From Antechinus flavipes (taxonomy: Eukaryota), in NCBI RefSeq assembly GCF_016432865.1, contig NC_067400.1:414594001-414658000 (forward strand): DNA of 64,000 nt, given 5' to 3'. Under the pieces are notes generated by a model. It did no database searches and had not been told where the DNA came from. It was given only the letters and a program-made list of their open reading frames with translations. A program made the translations under genes and the position numbers. Below are positions 12,119-23,798 of the stretch, piece after piece; position 1 is the stretch's first letter, and every line of letters begins with the position of its first letter.

Positions 12119-14559
12119 TCCTCTCCCTCTCCCTCTGTCGCTCTATGTCTCTGTCTCTCCTCGTCTCTTTGTCTCTCTATCTCTCTATGTTTCCCTCTGT
12201 CTCTCACCTTTCCCATCCCCTTTCACTCTATCTTTTTTCCCCCTTCCTTTTCCTATATTTTTCCTTTATTTCTCTTCACCCTTCCCTTCTTATGGTTTTC
12301 TGTTTGTTTGGCCCAACATTTCTGTCCAGTTGAATAATGTCACAGCCCCAGTAAAAGATTTGAACTCGTCCAATCTAGATACTAGGGGGAGGAAATTAAA
12401 TTCATTGCATCCTATTTCTCCTTCCCTCTCTCTCTGCCTAAACTCCCTCTATTTTTCTCCTTCCCCAAGGAAACCACTTGACTGCGGAATAGTTTGTACT
12501 TACTGCCCTCAGCTAAAAGCAATGATACCCTCCATTAGGTTCTCACCCAAACCATAGCTCTATAAAGAAAGAAACCTTCCCAACCCCTTATTTTAAATTG
12601 GGATATAAGAGAAGTTGATATTGTGACCAAAGTGTAGAAAATTTTAATTTTTCTGGTAAAACTATAAAAGATATTAATTTAAGTACTCACTACAGAAACC
12701 TACCTCTGTGCTTGTCTTAAGAAACGTCAATATAAACAACTTAATATTTAAGGATGGAAAAGTAGCTGTGTCTCTTATAAAAAGATGTGTATATGTATGC
12801 GTGTGTTATGCCACACTAATATGTTTTTACTGAGGGTAGTAGATCTCATGCCTACTTAATTTTAGTCAAATAATTCTATCTCCCCCACTCCCATTTTCAA
12901 TCAAGAACAACAAAANNNNNNNNNNNNNNNNNNNNNNNNNNNNNNNNNNNNNNNNNNNNNNNNNNNNNNNNNNNNNNNNNNNNNNNNNNNNNNNNNNNNN
13001 NNNNNNNNNNNNNNNNNNNNNNNNNNNNNNNNNNNNNNNNNNNNNNNNNNNNNNNNAATAATCACCATTAATTCTTTAAAAGTCAACACCAAATAGATTC
13101 TTCCCGTTTTAATTACAAGAGACATAAATCCTTCTGATTCTTAATACAAAACATACACAGATACTCATATAGGGGTATATGTGCATATGTGCATATACTT
13201 CTAGAAGAGAACTTGAGGCTATAGCTTTCATGAAGCAGTCCTAATGGTTATTAATGAAAATTTCAAGCTGATTTTGAAATACCTCACACATAATATGTCC
13301 CTTTCTTCCCATTTCCATCCCCAACTCTAGTAGTGGTGATTTCTCTTAGGTTATTATTATGAAGTCTATAGAAACCACCATGCTAGATGTGTCTTTCATG
13401 TGCAGACAGCCACCATTTATGTATGCACACCCAATGAGCTTAAATGTATTAAGCTATGCACTTTCAATACACATTTATGTGATACTCCTCTGTAACATGT
13501 CTATTTTTCCTCTCCCAAGCTGGGTTGACCTTGTATTACATAGATTTAAATCATTTGTTTCCATCAGACATGAAATCTCTAACTCAAAAAAAAAAAGAAA
13601 AAAAAGAAAAAAAGCGTGCCAACTAACAACCTTACATATTGGCTGAAGGGACTTGAAGAGGGAGTAATTACAGTTACAGGCATTAATTTATTAAATAACC
13701 TTTTCCCTTTCTCCTTTTTATATACCTACAGGATTCAATGAAAATTGGCAGTGTGATGAGACTATTCTCCAACATAAGAACACAGAGACCACCTGAAAAA
13801 GAATACTTTTGGTCATTCAAATAAATGGAAAGGGTTCTTAAGAAGGCTTTCAACCCTCTGACACTGGACTATATAATATGCCAAAATTAAGCACCAAAGT
13901 ATGATTATTTGTAAAATTTTCTGAGAAATAATATCAAAGACCAGTTCATCTACTTTCTTTTGTGTTGTTAGTCTGGTATTATCTATTAAAAGAAGACATT
14001 TATTTCCATCTGTCTTATTTTCAGATTATAGGGCAATTCTTCCTACCAAAAAATGTATTCATAGTTGCACATTTATTTCTGGGAAGTGTTAAGTAACATT
14101 CTGGATTGCATAAGGCCTTACAAAGTGTCTGTTGCTGAGTCTGCTTTTCAGTTAACAATCTTTATGTTTCCCATTTGCCTTTGTGCCTCTCTAGCCCTTC
14201 TGTTCATCCTGATATCCTAAGTAGAACTGAATCTATAGCATTTAAAATATAGTGTTAACATTATGATATATTATTAAACAAATAAAATATTATTGTATAA
14301 AATTCTCATAGGAGAGTACTGCATCTGAATTCTACTAAGAACTATTTGGTAGCTGCGGATTCTCTGAAGGTTTATGCAAATTTCTGCGGCAAAATGTTTG
14401 CTCGATAGCTTGCCGCAGTGCTCTGATGTTTACAGATTCTAACCAATTAGAAGTGCTTCTTGAATGTCTGTCATTATGAGTCCCTCCGAAAGAAATACCA
14501 CTGTAGGTGCATGTCCAAGGGCAACCTTCTGCATTGAGAAAGAACGTGATGTGTATATG

Positions 14560-14780
14560 AATGTACACATATACAGAGTATGTAATTTCTTTCAACTTAT
14601 TTGTGTACATGGGGGCAATCACTCTTCCTGTATACTTATATACGTATCTAGTATCTATTGATATATATCTGCATGTACATATTCATCTGTATACATATCA
14701 TATGGATATGTATATACAATATATGTATATGCATCATATATAATATGGATGTGTATATATATACATACACATATAGATAT
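14560..14780. repeat. AT-rich (TA/TG/CA) low-complexity tract
   Basis: Degenerate tatatgtatatacat-type repeats. Confidence 0.8.
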
Positions 14781-15823
14781 ATTCCAATATTTCTCCAAAA
14801 TAGCCCACTAACATGATTTTTTTGTGAAATCAAAATGGACTATTTTATAGTAGAGTGGGAGGGGTTTTGTAAAAGCAGTGCTTAGCATGGCACATTAGAT
14901 TCAGATTGGCAGATTGGATTGTTAGAAAATAGGTACATTTTGACCTTTCCTTCCTATTTTAGTGAGACCCTCTTATCCAACTTTCTATGTTGGATAAAAA
15001 AGAGGACTCTTTTTTAATGTGGATTCCTGGTCCCAGTCAGTTGCTGGCCTAAATCAGATTTTTTTTAGGTTGGGAGAATCATTAAATGCAACAACTTAGT
15101 GTTCTTCAACATATGAAGCAAAATCCCTTAAACACTGTGCCAGTTGGGGTCTGAATCAAAGAAAAATGTGAAGAAATTCTCATCTGTGAAAATTCATCAG
15201 AAAGTTTTTTCTGTTCATATCGAGCAAAATCTGGCACAGTTAATAGAAAAAATGCTCATAAATCCACCATAATGTGTGCAGCTGTCTCTTTTTGTACAAA
15301 TGTTTCTTAAACTAGGGTTCGACCATGACTTAAACTTGTCTTTTCCTGGGTTTAGGTCAATATGCCCCTCAGTCTCTTTTGCCTATTAGGATACTCATGT
15401 CCATCTGCTATCAATACAAGCCTTTCCCCACGAATAACCTAGATTTTTTTCAAATTTAAAGATTATACTAAGATCCAAAGCAATGGAAATTAATCATAGG
15501 GAAAAATTTTAAATGCAAAAAATAAACTATGGCTTACTCAAAAAGTAAAAATAGGAATGCCACATAACTTTCCTTTTTGTGTAAGTGGTAGTTTTGTTTA
15601 TTTTAGATAGACATGCCTTCACACTCTTGAAATTTTCATCCTAAAATTGTAGTTCGTGTATAACTTTTGTTGTATCAAGAATTCAGAACATTTTTAGGTA
15701 TGACTCAGGCAGCTGATAATGTATTGTTTAGGTAACAGCTTTCATGGAATCTTAGAAAAATTACTTACAGAGAGAAGAACTGGAGACATCAGACAACATC
15801 ATTCTGGAAGCTTGTAGTGTGTG

Positions 15824-15826
<3 letters not shown>

Positions 15827-15860
<34 letters not shown>
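15827..15860. repeat. (TG)n microsatellite
   Basis: About 17 TG units. Confidence 0.95.
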
Positions 15861-15869
<9 letters not shown>

Positions 15870-16717
15870 GTGTGCAAAAAATAAAATATATCCACCAAAA
15901 TGAACTTTATTTTGCTTTCAGCTGATACGTTGTGGCTTAAGAGAAAGTCTTTTCGGCGCTACAAACACAGGCTCAGGGAAGGAGATCCTTTCTGTTTGGT
16001 TTTGTTTTTATTGAAGGGATAGATATATTCTATTAGCGGGTGTTACACATGCATTTTAGATATTTGATCACAGTGTTCATTTCAAATAGGTGGAGGCATT
16101 GTTTTCATGGATGAAACTTGAAGACGTACCAGCCAACACAAGTGGAGTCGTAGTTTTCAGTTAGCTCAAGATGATCTCATTAACAAAATGCAGGTAATAC
16201 AAATAAATATGGCACCTACTCTATAAACAAAGAAAAACCATGGAGTCGGTACAAATAAGTGACTTAGGGAAATTACAACAGCGGTTCAAACAGAAAACAG
16301 AAGGAAAATTGAGAATGAAGCAGTATTTTACCGTGCAACTGGCCCGGCATGAATAGTGATCAAGAATGATATCATTTGCTTTTCAAGTATTCATTCATTA
16401 GATGATTTAGTTGCCATAATTTGCATGGAATTTAACAAAAGATTAATTGTCAACATTGACGTTGCAGTAAAACTTTTGTCACCGGTACAGTTTCCATAAA
16501 CTTAAGTGCTTTTTCAAGTCCCCAGACTATATATAGAGTGCGCTTTTGCAGTTATATTGTGCTTTTAAGATATTTGGCCCAAACTTTTCCCCGAGATATT
16601 ATATATATGTATATAAATGCCAAAAAAAAAAAAAAAAGCTCTAGAAATAAACAAAAGGCAACAAAGTCATTCATTACAAAAGCGATAAGGGGAAAAACAT
16701 AAATAAAACATTTTACA

Positions 16718-16723
16718 TTTATT
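16718..16723 (-). terminator. Candidate HOXD8 polyadenylation signal AATAAA
   Basis: tttatt on plus strand about 470 nt after the stop; more distal candidates exist (e.g. 15906-15911). Confidence 0.35.
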
Positions 16724-16887
16724 TTAATCAAATAATATAAAGTAAATATTCTGCTGACATAATTTCTTCATAAAAACTAATAGATTTCTTTTAATTTACT
16801 CACCACAAGAAAAAAAGTTTTAAAATGTTCAAGTGCACTTGTTTCGATTAATAAAGCATTTTAGGTTCAACTATTCGTGCTTATCAT

Positions 16888-16909
16888 TAGGAAGTTTATG
16901 TTGTTGAGG
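16888..16909 (-). promoter_or_regulatory. miR-196 complementary site in the HOXD8 3'UTR
   Basis: Plus strand TAGGAAGTTTATGTTGTTGAG closely matches miR-196a UAGGUAGUUUCAUGUUGUUGGG, so the mRNA is complementary to the miRNA. Confidence 0.85.
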
Positions 16910-17192
16910 CAAATCATCAGCTTAGATATTGAAAATTGCAATTTAAAAATATTGCTACAAAGTCAGTATCAAATTTCCACACACAAAAAAAAGCCACAGC
17001 TAATTGTTTCTATGCTCTGATTTTTTTTTTAAACTCAAACACCTCTTAAAGCATAGAAACATCTAGAGCAGTGACATTAGGGTAGCTTGAAATACAGGAA
17101 GAATCCTTTACAACAAAGAAAACAGGTGGTGTTCACCAGCATATGTTGATCATTATTTTTAATAGTCTACGGTAAATTTTTAAAGGCATAAG

Positions 17193-17488
17193 TTAATTTG
17201 TCTGGCCTTCAGCTCTGTCCTCTTCCAGATCATGTGCTTCTGTTTTTGTTTCCCCTTCTTTCCCCTCCTGCCTGGAAACTGGAAATTTGTCCTTGTTGTT
17301 CTCTTTTTTCCATTTCATTCTCCTGTTCTGAAACCATATCTTTACCTGCCTCTCGGTGAGTCCTAGAGCGTGGGAAACCTCAATCCTTCTCTTCCTGGTC
17401 AGATAAGGGTTAAAAAGGAATTCCTTTTCCAGCTCTAGCGTTTGGAAACGACTGTACGTTTGTCTTCCTCTCCTCCTACCAGGAGCTG
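17193..17488 (-). CDS. HOXD8: HOXD8 exon 2 (homeodomain); not in the ORF track
   Basis: Manual translation after the ttttaatcag acceptor: (A)[100 protein letters not shown] at 17193-17195. Confidence 0.97.
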
Positions 17489-18050
17489 CTGATTAAAACA
17501 AACAAAAAAGGGAAAAAAACAGTTTTTAAAAGCACAGAGTTTATTGGTGCCTCTGCATATTGGTAAAGATTTATCTTATATATGGGGAAACACCTATATT
17601 GCTAAGTTGTAGATCCGTAATAAATAGATATGTATGTATGGAGGAAGAGAAAGTATAACACAAGTTATGCTGGCAGCTGTATCCTTACGCTAATCTATTT
17701 TCAATATATATGTGTATATATATACTGTAGTACTTTATAATCAAAAGCCATTGCGATTACAGAAAGTAAAAAGGCAGGGAGGGGGAAAGAAGTTTAAAGC
17801 TAAAACGTGAGATGAAAGTAAAATTTTCCTCTTTCTCTCACTCTTTNNNNNNNNNNNNNNNNNNNNNNNNNNNNNNNNNNNNNNNNNNNNNNNNNNNNNN
17901 NNNNNNNNNNNNNNNNNNNNNNNNNNNNNNNNNNNNNNNNNNNNNNNNNNNNNNNNNNNNNNNNNNNNNNNNNNNNNNNNNNNNNNNNNNNNNNNNNNNN
18001 NNNNNNNNNNNNNNNNNNNNNNNNNNNNNNNNNNNNNNNNNNNNNNNNNN

Positions 18051-18510
18051 GCTCCCCGTGACAGGCAATCCCACTGCAGGGGGGAGGCGGCGGCGGAGGA
18101 GGCGGAGGCGGAGGAGGAGGATGCGGAGGAGGAGGGGGGGCCGGTTGGTAGGCAGAGGCCGGACTCCCCCCGGCGGGATGGTAGTAGTCCGGGCCCCCGC
18201 CGCCGCCGCTAGCTGGTCCTGGGTGAGGCTGCTGCTGAGGTTGCGGCGGCGGCTGCTGCTGCTGCGGCTGGTGGTGGTGGTGGTGATGGTGGTGATGCTG
18301 GAAGCCGGCGGCGCTGTTACTATACAGCTGTAGGGCGGCGGCGGCGGCGGCGGCGGCGGCGTGGCGGCCGCTGACATCGGGTGCAAAGTGACAGTCGTAG
18401 TATGTGGGATTGATGGCCTCGCCTGCAGCCGCCGCCGCCGCCGCCGCCGCCGCCGCTGCCGCCGCCGCCTTGTACTTGGAGTACAGCGGGTTCACAAAAT
18501 AGGAGCTCAT
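18051..18510 (-). CDS. HOXD8: HOXD8 exon 1, partial (3' part incl. hexapeptide lies in gap 17847-18050)
   Basis: MSSYFVNPLYSKYK-A15-GEAINPTYYDCHF...CSGIACHGE matches the HOXD8 N-terminus; the 204-N gap fits the about 60 missing codons. Confidence 0.96.
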
Positions 18511-19250
18511 CGGGGCGAGTGGCGCGCGCAGGGGCAGGGGCTGGGGCGGCGGCGGCGGCGGCGGCTACGACGGCGCGAGAGGGCGGCCCCGGGCCGGGAG
18601 AGGAGTGCGCGCGGGAGGAAGCTCGAGGGAGCGGCCGAGTGCCCTTTATGCTGCTGCTGCCGCCGCCGCCGCCGCTACGTCGCTGCAACCTCCGAGGGCC
18701 GGGAAGCCGAAGGGCTCTAATCTTGAGCGCTCATGACCCCACCGCCGCGCGCCTCTGTGGCTTTTGCGCTCGCTCTCTAGATCTGGGCCCCCCGCGCGCT
18801 ACCCGGCTGCGCCCAGCCCCCGCGCGCCCTCTTGGTTCTGCCCCGCGCGCCACTCGCTCTGCCTCTCCGCGCGCGCCGTGGCCGGGGCTGCAATATAATC
18901 GGCGGCGCCCCGGGTGACCTGCCCCACTGCCTCCACTGTTTCCTATTAGGCACAAGGCAGCCCTGAGTGTATCAGGGGAAAAAAAAGTGCACCTAAGCGC
19001 AGGGGGGAATCTTTGGCTTCAGTTTACATTTACCGCACCGGAGGCGAAAGAAAAAAAAAAGGAAAAAAAGACTTTCACTGCCACCCCTCACCTCCTCCCT
19101 CAAATAACCCCCCCGCTTTCCCCTCCCACTCTCGCCGCCGCTGCGGCTGCTGCCTCTGTGCGCTCTGGCAAGGCATTTTTGCACTACGCCACTGAGCGGA
19201 GAGGCAGAGAGATGGGGGCCGAGATAACCATCGCGGAGTGATCCAGTGGT
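18511..19250 (-). promoter_or_regulatory. HOXD8 CpG island, 5' leader and promoter
   Basis: Very CpG-rich region with GGC/GCC triplet tracts directly upstream of the ATG. Confidence 0.7.
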
Positions 19251-21913
19251 TTCGAGAGAAGGCTACTGAAGCTCAACGGGACGGCTCACTCCCTACAAAG
19301 GGATACTTCCGCTGGCCTTAAAGGGGGCCCATAAAGCAGCACTGCCAAGGGCTTATTGTCCCTCCCTGATGGGATGGGAATGGCAAATCCCCAAGGCAGG
19401 AGAAAGGGGAAAGGCAGAGCCTTACACTTGGGAGAAGAGAGTAGGTCATTCCCAGAGGGCACAAAGTAAACTGTCCTCTGAACTCTCGGAACACTCCATT
19501 GAGAACCTTCAGTTTAGTTTGTACTGTTGTAAATGAAAAAAAAGTAACTGAATATATAGCCCAGAAACAAATATGTATCCGAGGGAATGGGCACATTGTA
19601 TCCTGTGGATATACGTTTCTGCTTGGAAATTTAAAAGTAGTTTCATTAAAATGCACAGAAGCAGTCTAAAATCCAGGATGTTATCAAAGCGAATCAAAAC
19701 TATTTTCCAGCCCAGCAGGTCGTTTGGAAATGAGATGTACATTTACCCTTGACGCATTGCATGCATGGCTGAAGCTCTCAGGTTAATTGATATTTAATGG
19801 AAATCATGCCTATGAATATACTTTCCATCATTTCATCCTTGGTGGACGTCATTCTTCAGGCAAGTTGGGGGGGGGGAGGCGTGAGGAGAGAAAAATATGT
19901 GGGTAGAAATTAGTTTTGCTTGAGGATGGAATAGAAAATAGGAAAGAAATATTCTGAGAAAAGGAAAAGAAGAACTCACATTCCAGCTTGTTGGTAATTC
20001 TCCAGGTACCGGACTCGTTGCTCTCAATCCAGCTCAAGTGCAGAACTCTAGCATAGCTGAGCTTTGTTTCAGGCTGAGTGGGGTGCCTAAAGTTTTCCTT
20101 AAATCCCCTCCAAAAGAAACAGAATGGTGTGATAAAGTTCTGGAAACAAAAGGGATTAAGGTCCCTGTATTTAGGATCCCATTAATTCCAATTTGCTCCC
20201 AGGAAGTTTCTCATTTATCTAAAATTTTAGTTCCTCCTAAGTCTTTATGTACCGCATATAAAAATATATGGATTTCTTTCTTAAAAAGAAAGGGGGGAAA
20301 GAAAGAAAGAAGAAGAAAGGGAGAAAAAAGGAGANNNNNNNNNNNNNNNNNNNNNNNNNNNNNNNNNNNNNNNNNNNNNNNNNNNNNNNNNNNNNNNNNN
20401 NNNNNNNNNNNNNNNNNNNNNNNNNNNNNNNNNNNNNNNNNNNNNNNNNNNNNNNNNNNNNNNNNNNNNNNNNNNNNNNNNNNNNNNNNNNNNNNNNNNN
20501 NNNNNNNNNNNNNNNNNNNNNNNNNNNNNNNNNAAAAAGAGGCAGAAAGAATTCTGGACTGTGATCTAGGCTGTAAGGAGAAGCAGCCTGGGCCATGTGG
20601 CGAAGTCTGGTGTGAATCCGCAAAAATATTTATGATTCCAGAAAACACACTCCAAAGCTGATTCGCATTACAGTCAACCCCCTTCTCCACCCACCTCCCT
20701 CTCTTCTTTTTCTCTCTTCCCCTTTTAAAAATGTCCAATAAATGTAATGGGTGTTCTCCCCCTCTTTCCCCCTCCCCCCAGTTTGTCTAGGTTACCAAGC
20801 AATTTTTTTCCGTGGTATAAATTTATGTTGTAATCGCTTCAAGCTGACCGTCCTTTTAAACAGAAATCCAAGACTCACCAAAACCACCACGGAAGAGTTT
20901 CCATTTTAATCTAAAATGCATTCAGGAAATGTTGCAAACTAAAGAAGAAAAGTATTTTAAAGCAGAAGATGATCCCACATTGACCTAAGGGAAATTATTT
21001 CCAAGTATATAGATACTCCTTTTATGTTGGTCCACATTGCTAGCAAGGAATATTTGATTCTATACTTTGCAAGTAGATAAAACATGTTCAAAAAAATTTT
21101 AAGTGTTTTAATCATGTAATTTTATCTAAATTGACATGATATGAATGCACAAGTTATAAATAATGTGAATTTTGTTAATGTTGAGGAAGAGAGATTTAAT
21201 TTTGAACAGTAATCATTCATGTATTTTCAATGAACATTGAAAATCCTAAAACCTGATTCTGACATTTACCAATCTGTAAATTATTTCAGCAAACAAATTC
21301 AGAAATAATTTTCAATTAAAATGAAAGGACTTAGAAAACCAGCTATTTTCTAAGAAAAGCATGCATGTATTTAAACCTCACAATAAATCAATGTGCCCAA
21401 ATTAAATTGGAAGCATACATTATGGAAATATTGCATTTCGGTACTTTCCAGGAGTTCGGAGTTTCTGGGAACTGAACTGGAGTCCCATGGAATTCGTTTC
21501 TATACAATCAGGCCTAATTTCAGAAAACATTTCAAGGTTTTCATTTATACTTCTATCAGAAAACAAACAAACAAACAAACACTGACACTTTAAAAAAAAT
21601 CTATTTTAGGCAGAATAGAATATAATTCTATTAGCTTTGTAAGTAAATATATGTTGTTTTATACATTTCTATTTTGATAAAATATAATCCTGTTTTATAG
21701 CTCCAGAAATGAAATTTCCAACTTTTAAGAAATATTGACTGAGTCCAAATTTTATTTCGAACAAATCTGGAGGAAGGATTGAACGGTGAAGTTTGTATAT
21801 TTTGGGCTAAAATCATCCTAATTTAGGATTGAAATAGCATTATAAATACTTTTAATAAAAATATTTCTAGGCAAGGAATCCGGTGCTTTATGAGTTCGGA
21901 AAGTGGAGCAACA

Positions 21914-21930
21914 ACGCCCTCTAGTGGCCA
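21914..21930 (-). promoter_or_regulatory. CTCF site between HOXD8 and HOXD9
   Basis: Minus strand TGGCCACTAGAGGGCGT, a near-perfect consensus standing out in AT-rich DNA. Confidence 0.85.
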
Positions 21931-22986
21931 AATGAAATCTATATCAGCTCAAATGTTGGTCTCACATTTATTTAAACCAAGTTGAAATTTTCTCTCGTCT
22001 CTGTCTTTATCTTTTTGTCTGTCTCTGTCTCTCTTTCTTGGCTAATAATGCTTTGTCCCTTTGATTGTCAACAAGTAAAATGAAGTAAATAGAGAACTAA
22101 TTCAAAATAAGGAGGGATTGAATGGAGATTGATTTGAATTCGAACTTTATCTAAAGCTCTGACACAGTTCTAGAAAGCATTAAAGTTTCTCATTTAATAT
22201 TGGCCCCTCTCAATTATACTTATCAACTGGGTATGATAAATTCTACAATCTTCTAACTACTGGCTGCAAGAGGTTTTTTCCTCAAGAAAACTGGCTGAGA
22301 ACTACCACTAATTATAAACAAAACAAAACAAAACAATCCTTAACTCTCTTCCTTAAAGATAAGGTAGTCAATAATTTATTCTATTTTAATCCTTATCATT
22401 TTGCTTCCTTGAGCTTCTTTTGCTGAAAGATTTCTTGTCCTCTAAGCTAGATTTAAAATGGTTTTCCCCCTAATATTGAACTGATGAATAGCACAGCTGA
22501 ATAGCTCCATTCTCCTATTTGCATGTTTGGATTTAAATGCATAACAATATGCTTTTTGTAATAATTCCAAAAGGCACAGATGGAATTGAAATTATATGCA
22601 GTTCTTCTTGGACTTGAAGAACAAAAGCTGTCACAAGTTTCAATATTTTCTATTAGTTAAAACATTTTCCTCTTAATCATTAAGAATAAAAGCTAAATAG
22701 ATATCAGAGTATTTAGAGTATTTTACTTGAGAAGAATCCAAATTGTGGACAAGATCTTTCTAGAGACAGGAGACTATACAATTATTCAATACAGGCTGCT
22801 TGTCCGAGGACTAGCTGACTTTATTTTTAAAACCAAATCAAACAAAAAACCTCAAGTTCACATTAGAGTTACATCTTTGAAACGACTAAAAATATGTTAA
22901 ATTTATATGTATCAGCATTATGCTGGCAGTTGTAAAAATATAGGAACTCCTGATGGTAACTGTTTTAGTAATAAAGTCATTTTTAC

Positions 22987-23015
22987 AAAAAAAAAAAAAA
23001 AAAAAAAAAAAAAAA
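22987..23015. repeat. Poly(A) tract, 29 nt
   Basis: Homopolymer run. Confidence 0.9.
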
Positions 23016-23757
23016 CGAAGCCTCCAGTTTCTTCCATTTCTTTTTTCTTTTCCTTCCCTCTTTATTTATTTATCTTTTGGTAAGTGTCCTTACCTCAACG
23101 TCAATTTTCCTTAAGTTGTGTTATCTTCATCAAACTCTAACTTATTTATTTTTTATTGTCTAAATTTTAAGACCTAGTTTTGTCTACATTTCTTCTTCCC
23201 CTCTAACAAACACAAACATCAAAATAAGATGGTTTCAAAGCAAAGCGCCAGGCATATCGTAAACTCATTAGGTCCAGACGTCTAGCCATCTCAATGGCTT
23301 TATTATACCTTGGTTCTTCCTGTTTTAAAAGAATTATAGGTATAGGATTGACAATGAATGGGGGATGCAAAGCAACACCTTTTGCTGCCCTCTGGGCCTT
23401 GGCTTTTACCCGCTTCTTATTCTTTTATTATTATTATTTTCTTTTTTCCCAAGAAGAAGCATCAAGACCTCCAAAATTTTGGAACGATTCTCTTCACATT
23501 GGAAATAAGCAAAATTAGAGACTTACATCTCAGCGCTTTTGGCCTCTTCCATTCAATGGGTTCCATTCTGAACAAAACCTTTTTTTACAATGAACTTCAT
23601 TTCAGCCAACTGAATAACGCCATTAGAGCATGGCGGAACTAGGGGCTAAACATACACTGGGGCTGGTGGAGGGGGTGGGGAGTGTTGTGGTGGGTAACTG
23701 AGAGGCTGAGTAGGAAAGACTTGACCATTTTTTATCCCGAAAAGGTCAATTTGGAAC

Positions 23758-23758
<1 letters not shown>

Positions 23759-23796
<38 letters not shown>
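23759..23796. repeat. (TG)n microsatellite
   Basis: About 19 TG units. Confidence 0.95.

Positions 23797-23798
<2 letters not shown>

Noticed and set aside
11350-12337. Long ORFs in the track spanning N gaps (also near 12901, 20038, 27009, 28793, 34196, 44871, 63164)
   Set aside because: Open only because Ns hide stop codons; flanks translate to low-complexity sequence
14973-14997. 9-bp hairpin TTATCCAAC-n7-GTTGGATAA
   Set aside because: Too short to distinguish from chance
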